Source of the DNA: Mobula hypostoma
Lineage: Eukaryota
Direction: 5' to 3'
Assembly (NCBI RefSeq): GCF_963921235.1
Contig: NC_086108.1
Location: 7,068,001 to 7,132,000 of the forward strand
Length of the DNA stretch: 64,000 nucleotides
Part shown: positions 12,440 through 24,795 of the stretch, in pieces
How the letters are laid out: each line of letters opens with the position of its first letter
How positions within the stretch are numbered: position 1 is the first letter of the stretch
The notes under the pieces: generated by a model
The model's database searches: none
Seen by the model: the letters and a program-made list of their open reading frames with translations, nothing else
What the model was told of the DNA's origin: nothing
Translations under genes and position numbers: made by a program

Positions 12440-12935
12440 AAAAAAAATCTGCGGATACTGGAAATCCTGAGTAACACACACAAAATGCTGAACTCAGCAG
12501 GTCAGGCAGCATCTATGGAGAGGAACAAACAGTTGATGTTTTGGGCCAGGACCCTTCACCAGAACTGGAAAAGAAGACGGCGGGGAGGCCAGAACAAAGA
12601 GGTGGGAGGAGGGGAGAGAGGAGTACAAGCTGGAAGGTGATAGGTGGGGCAGTAAGTGGGTTGTTGGGAGGTGGCAGGTGATGGGTGAGACTAGGTGAGG
12701 GGTAAGTAGGTTGTTTAGGAGGGGGTTGACGTAAGAAGCTGGGAAGTGATAGGTGGAAGAGATCAAGCGCTGAAAGAGGAGGAATCTGATAGGAGAGAAG
12801 AGTGGACCGTGGGAAAAGGGGAGGGGGAGGAGCACCAGATGGATATAGTAGGCAGGTGAGGAGAAACCAGAACGGGGATTGATAAAAGAGAAAAGGTGAA
12901 GGGTTGGTGGGGGTGGGAGAGAAATTACGGGTCAT
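12440..12935 (-). mobile_element. Penelope-like element 3' UTR/pLTR fragment
   Basis: Pyrimidine-rich tract on the minus strand followed by a decayed hammerhead and the family end. Confidence 0.7.
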
Positions 12936-14170
12936 TTAAGAAAACTGAACTATTGAGCAATTTTCTGAAATGAGGTAATTACTTTTTCCGTGCACATTAT
13001 TTGTCCCACATCTTGAAGACACAGAGCCAGACTGTCTGTTCTGCTGCTGTTAGGAACCTTCCAGAAAACTATTCTTCATTGTGAGGACCTGCGATTGTGA
13101 GTGATGTTATTTAACCACCCCAGGCATCACAGGTGGGCCCCACCTTTTCCCACCCAGCAATGATTCAGATGAAAGAACTAGTGCCCAGAAAAGAGTGAGC
13201 TTTATTACCCTTGTGTTTCTCTTTGTGCCTCAAGCACAAAAGGGCGCAGATCAGGACAGTTTATTTAGCCAGTGTGCTTTTATTTTGCCTTGGCATTATG
13301 ATCCCACTGTTTAAAATTGTAAGTTTTAAAATACATGATTTCTGGGTACCACAAACTCATTGCTGGAGGAACTTAGCAAGTAAGGCAGTGTTCTGGCTTC
13401 TTCCCCCCTTTCCAGCCCTGATATAGGATCCTCCCTGTGGAATGTCAACAGTTCATTTTCTCCAGAGATGCCGTCTGAATTGTAGAGTTCCTCCATCTTC
13501 TTGTGTGTGTTGCTCTAAATTTGTAGCATCTTTATTGAGATTCACTAACGTTATATAAAAAAAAAGCTAACATTGCTCTCTGCTGTTGGGGTCCTTGTAT
13601 TTGACATGGAAAAACATTTTGGGACTGGTACTGTCAGCATTGTTACCAAATCATCAGAATCAGGTGTATTATCACTGATACACAGTACTTGTATATATAT
13701 ACGTACATTACACACACATATATTAATACATATATTTAAGATGCCTCAGACTTTTGCACAGGACTGTATTTGTCAATATGGAGCGGAGAGCAGGCTTGTA
13801 ACTGGCTGGAACAAAGGGTGTTGGGAATGGTGAGGGTGGAGCACCGGCAGGATGGGATGGGTGAGTGACAGCAGAGGAGGAGTACCAGGAGCAGGGGGTG
13901 ACGTGGGTACGGACACACCCAGCCCTGAGACACCAGGTAAGGTCATTTGATTCGAAACAATTGGTTTATTAATCATTGTGCAGTGTGTCTGGTACTTCCC
14001 GCTCCCTCCCCACTCTCTCCCCCTTTTTCTAACCATGATTCTCCTCTCCCTACCCCCTTCCCACTCTCAGTACACAATAGAGACTTTTATCAGAATCAGG
14101 ATTATCATCACTCACATTTGACATGATTTTTTTTTGATGCAGCAGTACAAGACAATACATAAAATTATGA

Positions 14171-14238
14171 AAGTACTGTGCAAAAGTCCTTGGGACCCTA
14201 GCAATATATATGTCATAAGACTTTTTACACAGTACTGT
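14171..14238. mobile_element. Tc1-type mini-MITE (about 68 bp)
   Basis: Inverted ends agtactgtgcaaaagtc...gactttttacacagtactg followed by TA; related ends near 13750, 45585, 45970, 55680 and 58185. Confidence 0.6.
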
Positions 14239-14304
14239 ACTTCATGAAATTTGTTGTTTTGTAGCAGCAGTACAGTGCAATACATAAACAATTATGTATA
14301 GTGT

Positions 14305-14490
14305 CAGCAACACATAAATGCTGGTGAACGCAGCAGGCCAGGCAGCATCTATTGGAAGAGGTACAGCTGATGTTTCAGGTCGAAGGGTCTCAGCCCGAAA
14401 CATCAACTGTACCTCTTCCAATAGATGCTGGGTTCACCAGCATTTTATGTGTGTTGCTTGGATTTCCAGCATCTACAGATTTCCTCGTGT
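14305..14490. mobile_element. Palindromic (head-to-head) Penelope-like pLTR pair
   Basis: Arms gcatctattggaagaggtacagctgatgtttc / gaaacatcaactgtacctcttccaatagatgc centred on the hammerhead stem II. Confidence 0.75.
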
Positions 14491-15699
14491 CTATGTATAG
14501 TGTCTGTGTCTCTCTTGCTTGCTGCTCCCAGGGGAAGGTCTCTGTGTTTGGGTGGTCTCTCTCTGTCCCAAGATGCTGTCGGAGGATGATATCGATGTTC
14601 TGGGTCTGTAAATTATGCATTGGACTGTGGTTCTTTCAGTTTTATGTTTTATATTCTGTGTTTTTGCCCGTTCTTTCTTGTTGCTGTTTGCGCGATTGTT
14701 TTTTTTTGTGTGCACCAGTGGAGCTTGGGGGGTTTGATGTTCTTGTTGCCATTTGCGCGATTTGTTTTTTTGCGCATGGAGAGGGTGGTTGATGTCCATG
14801 TTGCTGTTTCCGTGACTTTCTTTGGTGCATGGGAGGGTTAACATTTTTCTTTGAACTGCTTCCATGGTTTTCTTTGTTTCGTAGTTGCCTGGAGAAGACA
14901 AATCTCAGTGATATACTGCATGCATACTTTGATAATAAATGTACCTTGTACCTTGAACCTTGAAGCTGTTCCTAAAACATTGAGGGTGTCTCTCCAAGGC
15001 TCCTGTGCCTCCTCTCTGACGGTAGTATGAGAAGCGGGCATATCCTGGGTGGTGAGGGACCTTAATGATGGATGCCGCCTTGAGGCACCACCTATTGAAG
15101 ATGTGCTCGTTGGTGGGGAGGTTACTGCCAATGCTGGAGCTGGCTGAGTTCACAACCCATTTGAATGAAAATCATTCAAGCTTCTACACATTTATTGAAA
15201 GTGTTGGTGCATAACACAGATGTCTATTTAATCAACATTGTATGTTAACCTATGGTTAAATTATGAAATACAAAGGTCTGAAGGTCCATTTATTATCAAA
15301 GTCTGCATGCAGTACACAACTGAGATTTGTCTTCTCCAGACAGCCATAAAACAAACAATGAAAGTCATTCAAAGAAAAGCATTAACACCCCACAACAAAA
15401 ACAATAAATCTCACAATAGCGCCAAATGGCAACAAGACCATCAAACCTAAAACCTCTCCCGTGCACAAAAAACTAACAAATCGCTTCAAATGGCAACAAG
15501 AAAGAACGTGCAAAAACGCAGAATGCAAGAACCATAAAACTGAAAGAGTCCAGTTTGAACAATTCAATAGTCCACAGTGACCCAGAAAACCTGTATTCAA
15601 TGTTAACCAGCTGTGGAAAAGAGGCAATTAATCCCAATCATTTAAATCGTTTTAAATTATTTTTATGTATTTATTTCCCCATTTAAAGGATGTTGGGGA

Positions 15700-16135
15700 A
15701 TCTGCTTCCTCTTTCTCTCTGACCTGATGAAAGGTCCTGGCTTGAAACATTGACGGTTTATTCCTTTCCTGAGATGGCTGCCTGACCTGCTGAGTTCTTC
15801 CAGTATTTTGTGTGTGTTACTCTGGGGTTGAAGTGCTGTGTATTGTACTTGAAGACTGTGTATGTGAGTGAGTGAGTGAAAGCGGAGGAAGAACGGGGCT
15901 TGTTGTACTGTTGTGAATTTTTGGTAGTGTCGCCTATCACCTGCCAGCTTGTCATCCTTCCCCCTCACTCTCATCTTCTGGTTTCCGACCCATCCTTTCC
16001 AGTCCAGATGAAGAGTTTCTGCCTGAAATGTCAACTGTTTATTCCTCTCTGTAGACGCTGCCTGACCTGCTAAGTTTCTCCAGCACCGTGTGTACTGCTC
16101 CAGATTTCCAGCATCTGCAGAATCCCTTGTATTCA
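15700..16135 (+). mobile_element. Two tandem Penelope-like pLTR fragments
   Basis: cctgatgaaaggtcctggcttgaaacattgac (about 15724) and ccagatgaagagtttctgcctgaaatgtcaac (about 16005), each followed by the family end. Confidence 0.7.
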
Positions 16136-16889
16136 TGCTTCCTCTCTGTTGTGGTGGTGAAATTTCACCCCCTAATGACCTCATCCAAAGAATTCTACTG
16201 ATTTTCAAGTTTTTAAATAAAAGAGCAATTTAAATGATAGCACACACAAAATGCTGGAAGAACTCAGCAGGTCAGATAGCTTCAGTGGGAGGAATAAAGA
16301 CCCAACGTTTCAGGCTGAGGCCCTTCATCGGGATTTACATGATAGCTGTTGCATTCATTCAAAAAAAAAATTAACTTTAATTATCTGAGATGTTGTGTAA
16401 ATCTGCTGCCAGACTGGTAAGCCAGTTCGGGAGTGAAGTGCTGCAGTGTTACTTGCGATATATAGATTCAGCAAGGATTTGCTGACTAGAGGCTGAGCTG
16501 GGTTTGTGTCGCCCTTTGACTGTTCATCCATGATGGAGTCTGTTCACCTTTTTGTTAGCATTGTCATCCCCATGTCTCACCAAGCTAAGCATTGGAACTT
16601 CAGCCACATCACAGCACTTTCCATTCTTAAGGACCCCCGCCCACCCCACTCCATCCTGAAGGACCCCCACCACCCAGGACATGCCTATTCTCATTGCTAC
16701 CATCAGGGAGGAGGTACAGGAGCCTGAAGGTACACATTCAATGATTCAGGAACAGCTTCTTCCCCTCTGCCTTCCGATTTCTGAGTGGACATTGAACCCA
16801 GGAACACTACCTCACTACTTTTTTTTCTCTTTTTGCACCACTTATTTAACTTAACCTTTTTAATATATACTAACTGTAATTTACTGCAA

Positions 16890-18340
16890 TGTACTGCCAC
16901 CCCATAACATAGACCAGTACAGCTCAGGAACAGGCTATTTGACAAACAACGTTGTGCTGAACCAACTAAAAGCAAATGAAAAACACAAATCCCTAATCCC
17001 TCTTTACCTACACCATGTCCATATCCCTCCATCTTCCTCACATCCATGTACCTACCCAAACGTCTCTTAAAAGCTTCTAATGTATTGCCTCTACCACCAT
17101 ACCAGGCAGCACATTCCAGGCATCCATGATTCAACTTGCATCCCCCTCGAGCCCCCGCTCGCCTTCAATGCATACCCTCTAGTATTAGACATTTCAGCCC
17201 TGGGAAACAGATACTTCTGGTCCCCTCTATTTCTGCCTCTCTTAATCTTATTCAACCTCTTATCAGATCTCCCCTTAACCTCCACTGCTCCAGAGAAAAC
17301 AACCCAACTTTATCCAGCCTCTTGTGATAGCACATGCCCTCAAACCAGGCACCATCCTGGTAACACACATGAAAGTTGCTGGTGAACGCAGCAGGCCAGG
17401 CAGCATCTCTAGAAAGAGGTACAGTTGATGTTTCGGGCCGAGACCCTTCGTCAGGATTACCATCCTGGTAATCCTCTTCTGCACCCTCTCCAAAGCCTCA
17501 ACATCCTTCCTGTAGTGGGGTGACCAGAACTGTATGTAATACTCCAGATGTGGTCTAACTAGAGCTTTATAAATTTGCAACATAACTTCCTGACATTTGA
17601 ACTCAGTGCCTCGACTATTAAAAACAAGCATTCCTTCCATAAGCGGCCATAACCGCTTTATCAACCTGTGTAGCCACTTTCAAGGAACTATCAACTTGGA
17701 TCCCAAAATCCCTCTGCTTAGCAACACTGTTAGAGACCTTTCCCTTAACAGTGTACTGTCTCCTTGCATTTGCCCTACCGAGGTGCAACACCTCACAATT
17801 ATTTGAGTTAAACACCAGGTGCCATTTCTCAGCACATATCTGCAACTGATCTATATCATGCTGTATTCTTTGCCAGTCTTCTACATTATCCACAACCCCA
17901 CCAATCTTGGAATTATCTGCAAATTTACTCACCCACCCATCTATATTTTCATCCAGGTCATTTATATACATCACAAGTGACAGAGGTCCCAGCACAGATC
18001 CCTGTGGAACGCCACTAATTACAGACCTCCAGCTCAAATCATTACCCTGTGTCTTCTATTCACTAGCTGGTTGTGAATTCAAACAACCAATTCACTGTGG
18101 ATTCCATGCATCTTGATCTTCTGGATGACCCTCCTATGAGGGACTTTGTCAAACACCTAACTAAAATCCATGTAGGCAGCATCCACTGCCCTACCCTCAT
18201 CAATCTCTCTTGCCACCTTGTTTAAAAAAAAAAGTCAATCAAGTTGGCTAGGTGTGACCTGACATGCACAAAGTCATGCTGGCTCTCCCTAATGAGTTTC
18301 CAAATGGTCATATATCCTATTCCTACGAATTTTCTCCAGC
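16890..18340 (-). mobile_element. CR1 LINE, 5'-truncated, decayed RT
   Basis: SGVPQGSVLGP..YINDLD..SKFADNSKIGG; LVRPHLEYYIQFWSPHYRKDVEALERVQKR. Confidence 0.88.
17364..17458 (-). mobile_element. 95-bp Penelope-like insertion consisting of hammerhead motif plus 3' end
   Basis: 13-bp TSD accatcctggtaa (17351-17363, 17459-17471) within the CR1; minus strand CTGACGA-agggtctcggccc-GAAA-catc. Confidence 0.85.
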
Positions 18341-18344
18341 GCGT

Positions 18345-18597
18345 CAGTGATTGGATGTTGCACTGAGCTTGGCAATTAGCTTGTAGATGTTTCATCATCG
18401 GTCGAGATGACATCCTCAGTGCACAGCTTTTTCCACTCTGAGTGCTCGCGTTAATATAGGTCCCCGTTCACTTGCCTCAGTCCTGATTGGCTACCCCTTC
18501 AGGTGACCTTTGAAATCTATTGGCTTGTGATTCTTTGACACTTAGGGAATTCATAGCATCTATTTTGATACGTTTGTTTACAGTGGAGAAACAAGGT
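18345..18597 (-). mobile_element. Second Penelope-like family fragment with hammerhead motif at 18382-18424
   Basis: Minus strand tgca-CTGAGGA-t-gtcatc-tcgacc-gatgat-GAAA-catc-taca; upstream peptide remnant FSTVNKRIKIDAM resembles a PLE ORF C-terminus. Confidence 0.65.
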
Positions 18598-18829
18598 TGT
18601 AAAACCAATGTTCACTACTATATGACAGTGAGATTAAATATAATTTTGATTACATTTCTTCCTCATTCCGATGTTTGGTCTGAACAACTGAACCTCTTGA
18701 CCATGTCTGCATGCTTTTATGCACAGGGTTACTGCCACACAATTGGCTGATTAGATATTTGCCTTAACAAGCAGGTGTAGCTAATAAAGTGGCCACCATA
18801 TATATCTTCTGCCCCAATAATTTATTTAG

Positions 18830-19200
18830 AGGTACAGCTCAGTTCCATCTGGTATGGGGGGTGGGGGGGTCAGTACACAGGATCAGAAAAGGCTGCAGAG
18901 GGTTGAAAACTCAGCCAACTCCATCGTGGACACTACCCTCCCCAGCATCCAGGACATCTTCAAGGAGCGATGCCTCAGAAAGGTGGCATCCATCATTAAG
19001 GATCCTCATCACCCAGGACATGCCCGCTTCTCATTGCTACCATCAGGGAGGGTGTACTTTTGCACTACTTATTCAATTTAACTAATATATATACTGGTTA
19101 TATGGTTGTAATTCACAGTTTTATATTAAGTATTGCAATGCACTGCTGCCACTTAACAACAAATTTCACAACATATGCCAGTGATATTAAACCCAATTGA
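18830..19200 (+). mobile_element. Rex1/Babar-type LINE 3' fragment
   Basis: KRLQRVENSANSIVDTTLPSIQDIFKERCLRKVASIIKDPHHPGHARFSLLPSGR. Confidence 0.75.
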
Positions 19201-19899
19201 GATTTATTATACAGCATGTCTGGTTGCTAGTAAGGCGAGTTTATGACCTAATCCTTTGATTGTGGATCTGTCGCCTCCATCACAACTGTTCTGAGATGTG
19301 GTCTGTGCTCTGAAATCCAGATAGCATTGCTCTGTGGCTGACTAAGCAACAATATTTAACTTTTGGTGGCTGCAGAGCAGCTCGTAAATCTATTCCCATT
19401 GTTCAGTGATTGAATCTCGATTCATGTCTGTTAAAATGGTAATGGGGGTGTGTTCAGGACTACCTTTCTGATGACCATATCTTTTCTGGGTTCTCCTTCC
19501 AGGGCAGAATGTGGACTCGATTCAAAGGCACGCTTGCTTCTAGCCCGAGTTAGTAGCTTGATGCATTGCACTCCAGAAGGTATTATCTTTACTGTTCCCA
19601 CCACTTTCAGTGTGCTGCAGTATTTTCACTGATTGGATCTATCAGGAAAAAAAGGTGGCTTATTCCCTTCTGAAAGGTATTGTTTTATCCTTGCTTTGAT
19701 ATGGGATGCAGGATTTATAACAAAATTATAATGTACGATAGAATCAAATATTCAAAAAACGTACTGTGCTCAAATTTCTGGGAATCTTAAATTTCGTCTA
19801 ATTTTAACATTGGCAGTAAATCTTCTCGAATGGAGTTTTTAGTAAAAATTTGCAACCTGCTGCTAAAGGTATTAGTTCAAAAATACATTCTTAATTGTT

Positions 19900-20085
19900 T
19901 TTATTATTACTTAGAGATACTGAGCGGAACAGGCTCCTCCGGCCCAACGTGCTGCATTGCCCAGCAATCCACCTATTTAACAGCAGCCTAATTTACAGTG
20001 ACCAATTAACCTGCTCACAGGTACGCCTTTGGACTGTGGGAGGAAACCGGAGCACTGGGAGGAAATCCACACGTTTCACAGGGAG
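19900..20085 (-). mobile_element. HE1/V-SINE-like SINE 3' part
   Basis: Minus strand gtgctccggtttcctcccacagtccaaag core domain and CR1-like tail. Confidence 0.65.
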
Positions 20086-20525
20086 AAAGTACAGGGAAGG
20101 AGGATAGTGAGAAGGTGATGGGTGAAACCTGGTGGGTGAAGGGCTGGAGAGGAAGGAATCTGATGTGAGAGGAGGGTGGACCATAGGAGAAAGAGGAGGA
20201 GGAGGAGGGACCTGGGGGAGGTGATAGGTGAGAAGAGGTAAGAATGGCAATTGAGGGGGGGAGGTAATTTTTTTTAACTGGAAGGAGAAATCAATGTTCA
20301 AGCCATTAAGTTGGAGGCTACCCAGAAAGAATATAAGCTGTTGGTCCTCCACCCTGAGGGTGGCCTCATCATGACTCAAGAGGAAGCCGTAGACCGCATG
20401 TCAGAACGGGAATGGGAATTAAGATGCTTAGCCACCAGGAAATTCCTGTTTTGGTGTATGGAGCGGAGGTGCGCGACAAAGCAGTCCCCCAATTAATGAT
20501 GGATCTCACCAATGTAGAGGAGGCA
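20086..20525 (-). mobile_element. Penelope-like GIY-YIG C-terminus plus 3' UTR
   Basis: HDEATLRVEDQQLIFFLGSLQLNGLNIDFSF. Confidence 0.75.
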
Positions 20526-21268
20526 TCACAAGTTACATCATAAAGTGAAAGGTTTGCTTTCACATCGGACTTTTTTATGGTCAAGTCCAGTGACAATAAT
20601 GCCCAAGTGAAGTGCTCTGTGCCTAGAGGTGCTGATTCAACCACTCTAGAGTTCCCAATCCTTGAAAGAAAATTGAACTCTGGTGAAAGGCCATTGATGT
20701 GGTTTGCTTCTTCCACAACAGCTGCTCCCTGACTGGCTGTGAATTTTCTCTCAGACCCCCGGCAATTTTCCTGTGCCACAAGCACTGGCACAGCTTGGGC
20801 AGCACTGGCACACTAGTTAGCCTGACAGCTCTAGGGTGTCAATTTCAATCTCCACATTGGTTTCTGTCAGAGCACCATTTCCACGGTCTCCTCCCAAAGC
20901 CTAATGATAGAATTACCCTGTGGTGTTGCTCCTCCACCCTGAGAGTGGCCTCATCTTGACACGAGGAGATCATGGACTGACATGTCAGAATGGGAATTAA
21001 TCAGAATTGATGTGTATCTCTTTCCTGCCACCTCATCCGGTCTCAGTCCTAAACTCAGATATTATCTGTGTGATGTTGCATATTATTGCCATGACTGCAT
21101 GGGTCGCCCCCTCAGATCCTCCACTTTTCTCCCACATCACAAAAACGTGCAGGATGTGGATTAATTGGCCACTCTGAATCATCTCTAGTGTGTAGGTGAG
21201 TGGTAGAATTTGGGGAAAGTTGATGAGAGGGCAGGGGGAATAAAAATAAAAATCAGATTATGACATGC

Positions 21269-21350
21269 CAGGGGTTCCCAACCTGGGGTCCATGGACCCC
21301 TTGGTTAATGATAAGGCTCCATGGCATTAAAAATAGGTTGGGAATCCCTG
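21269..21350. mobile_element. 82-bp hAT-type MITE
   Basis: TIRs CAGGGGTTCCCAACCT / AGGTTGGGAATCCCTG; truncated second copy at 28678-28747; TSD not clear. Confidence 0.7.
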
Positions 21351-21804
21351 TGTAGATCCTGGTTAATGCAAAGTAGCATAATTTTAAGGTAACTCACACA
21401 AAATGCTGAAGAAACTTGGCAGGATCTATGGAAATGAATGAACAGTCGACGTTTTGGGCCAAGACCCTTCAGTCCTGCTGAGTTCCTTCAGCATTTTATG
21501 TGCGTGTTACTTTGGATTTCCACCATTTGTAGACTTTCTCATGTTTATAATTGTTATGTGTTCTGAGGAAAGTATAAGGGGAGTGTTAGAGATGGCGTTT
21601 TTTTTACATGGAGAGTGGTAGGTACATGGGATGTGCTGCCAGGAGTGGTGGTAGAGCAAGGTACATTAGGAACATTTAAGACTTTTGTGCAGGCACATAT
21701 AAGGAAAGTGGAGGACTATGTGAGAGGGAAGTGTTCAATTTGATCTTAGAGTAGGTGAAAGGGATGGCACAACATCGTGGACCAGTACTTTGCTATATTA
21801 TAGA

Positions 21805-22092
21805 AGTGGCACAGTCATGTAGTAGTTAGCACAATCCTTTACGGTACCAGCGACCCAGGTTCAATTCCCACCATTGCCTGTAAGGAGTTTCTATGTTCTC
21901 CCCGTGATATGTGGGCTTCCTCTAGGTGCTACAAATTCCTCCCAAAGTCCAAAGACATACTAGTCAGTAGATTAATTGGTCATTGTAAATTGTCCCATGA
22001 TTAGGCTCGGGTTAAATCGGAGGATTGTTGAACAGTGCGGCTCAAAGGGCTGGAAGGGTCTATTCTGCTCAGGATATCAATGTAAATAAATA
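21805..22092 (+). mobile_element. HE1/V-SINE-like tRNA-derived SINE
   Basis: A-box-like tggcacagt..tagttagc, B-box ggttcaattcc, central ttcctcccaaagtccaaagac domain, taaa tail. Other copies near 24790-24935 (-), 28445-28670 (+) and 36925-37120 (-). Confidence 0.75.
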
Positions 22093-22745
22093 ATTCTGTT
22101 TTATATTAGACTGTATCTATGCACTATCCCTCTCTGATGCTCAATTTCGACCCCTGTAAGTAATGGTTTTAATTTTACTTGTCTGTTTGCACAATTATCT
22201 TTTGATCTTGAAAGCAGCCTGGGTAATGTGTTTCTACCTCTAAATGAAGTAGATTGTATTTATTTGCTTTAGGACTGACCTAATATACATGAATAAGATT
22301 CTCTCCCTGGGGTCCCAGCTACAGATGTTAAAATAACAGTTGGGAATTGGGGGCAAGAGGCAGGAATATTTGGTTCCTGATGAACCAGTGATAGATTCAT
22401 TCAGGCTCAAAGGTCTTGTTTGAGGCTCTTAGCAAGTAGGTCACATGCATGTACAGTGTTTGCACACTGTTTTAACCAACCTTACTCGCTCCATTGCATT
22501 TCCTTCAAATTCTGCGTGCCTTTCAATTGTCTACCAAAGAAGGTTGTGGAGTCTGGATCATTCAAGGGGATGATGAACGAGAAAGAGGTATTTGAAATAT
22601 TACAGAGGCGGAGTATTCTTTGAAACATCTGTAATTGAGGACTGTGGAGAACTGACACAGAAAGGGGATGGAGTCCAGTGCAGGTCAGCCATGATCCGAA
22701 TGAAAGATGAGCAGACATGAGGGGCCAGGTGGCCTACTATGTTTA

Positions 22746-23067
22746 AATAAAATAATAAAGGCATCCGTTAGTCTTGCGAGACCATGGATCTGCGTCTGGG
22801 AAGTCTTCACTCTCCAGGGCGCAGGCCTGGGCAAGGTTGTATGGAAGACCGGCAGTTGCCCATGCTGCAAGTCTCCCCTCTCCACGACACCGATGTTGTC
22901 CAAGGGAAGGGCATTAGGACCCATACAGCTTGGCACCAGTGTCGTCGCAGAGCAATGTGTGCTTAAGTGCCTTGCTCAAGGACACAACACGCTGCCTCGG
23001 CTGGGGCTCGAACTCACGACCTTCAGGTAGCTAGTCCAATGCCTTAACCACTTGGCCATGTATTCAC
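22746..23067 (-). mobile_element. tRNA-derived SINE of a second family, full length
   Basis: Minus strand tggccaagtggttaaggcattggactag..gttcgagccc (A and B boxes); 13-bp TSD cctactatgttta (22733-22745, 23068-23080). Confidence 0.85.
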
Positions 23068-24169
23068 CCTACTATGTTTATTTTCTTGTATTCAGTGGTT
23101 CCATTTAATATCAGAGAAATAACTGTATAACCTGAAATTCTTACTTTTCACAGATATCCACAAAACATTAAAAAAAACTAAAAACCAAAAAATGAGTGAT
23201 AGTGATATCAGACCCCTAAAGCCAACCCCTCCCATGAAATGGTATCGACCCTTTCTCCACTTACACCAGCAAAAGCACCACCACCCTCTTCCCACCATGC
23301 AGACAATAGTAAAGCCCCCAAAGAGACATTGATTTTAGAGTCCATCAAAAACTATCTCACTACTCTCTAAACTACTCTCTCACCAGTGAGGGAGAGAAAT
23401 CTCTCTTACTGCAACAACATGAGTAGGAGACTGGAAGCTTGCTATTTCGATGTTACAATCTTCCACGTCGCTTCTCATTCACCATCAAAAATAGAGGGGA
23501 TCGCTGGAGTGCAGGGCCCGCCTTCTGACAGCAGCGCACACCGCCTGCTGTCTTGATGCTTGTCTCCCGTGATGCTTCAATCACCAACAATGTCGGGGAA
23601 AGGCGTGCACCTTCCAGGCCAAACCTGGAGATATCGAAACCCTGGATCGCACGGCGAGTCCGAGAACGAGAACCCACCGCCCATGGAGAACCGTAGTTTG
23701 AGATGCATCTGTAGATCATGGATTCCGACAGGACCCCAGCCACCTTGAAAAGACGAGAGACATAAGAAAAGAAGAATGAACTGTTTTGCAAACGAACTGG
23801 AAGAAGTCACCTAGGTTTGCAAAAACCTCTGCAATCTTTTAACTTGTTTTGACTAACCTTGCTCACTCTGTTGCCTTGGCTTCAAGTGCTATGTGGCTTT
23901 GAATTGTGTACCAAGAAAGGTTGTCTAGATCATTGGGGAGTGATTAACTAAGTCAATTATTTTTTGAAAAATCTGTAATTGAGGGCCGTGGAGAATTGAA
24001 ACAGAAAGGAAATGCTGTCTAGGACAGATCAGTCATGATCAGATTGAAAGATGGGCAGGCACACGGGGCTGAGTGGTCAACTATGTTTATTTTCTTGTAT
24101 TCAAAAGAAAGAAAGATGAGCTTTTTAGCGAAACTGCATTATGCTAGGGACAGCTCACAGGTGTCATCA

Positions 24170-24795
24170 TACAGAGTTCCTGGTGAGAAAGGCAAATGCA
24201 ATGTCAGCATTCATTTTGAGAGGACTAGAATGTAAAAGCAAGGATGTAATGTTAAGGCTTTATAAAGCACATGTGAGGCCTCACTTGGAGTATTACGAGC
24301 AGAATTGTGTCCCTTATCTAAGAAAGGATGTGTTTGTATTGGAGAAGGTTCAGAGGAGGTTCACAAGAATGATTCTGGGAATGAAAGGGATATCATATGC
24401 AGAATGTTTGATGGCTCTGGGCCTGTACTACTTGGAACTTAGAAGAATAAGGTGGGCGGGGGGGAATCTCATTGAAACCTATCGGATGTTGATAGGCCTG
24501 GATAGAGTGGATGTGGAGAGGGTATTTCCCTCAGAATAGAGGGATGACCATTTAGAATGGAAATGAGGAAGAAATTCTTTAGCCAGATGGGGAATCTTGA
24601 ATTCATTGTCACATGCAGCTGTGGAGATCAGGTCATTAGGGTGTATTTATGACAGATTGATAGGGTCTGATGAATCGAGGCATGAAAGGTTACAGATAGA
24701 AGGTGGGAGAATGGGGTTGAGAGGGAAAATGGATCAGCCATAATGAAATGGCGGAGCAGACTCGATGGGATGAATGGCCTAACTCTGCTATGGTC
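24170..24795 (+). mobile_element. CR1 LINE 3' fragment
   Basis: KANAMSAFILRGLECKSKDVMLRLYKAHVRPHLEY..VQRRFTRMI. Confidence 0.85.

Noticed and set aside
22980..23067. tRNA genes (also 21805-21875 and 35083-35150)
   Set aside because: tRNA-like heads of SINEs with bodies, tails and in one case a TSD; no clean cloverleaf.
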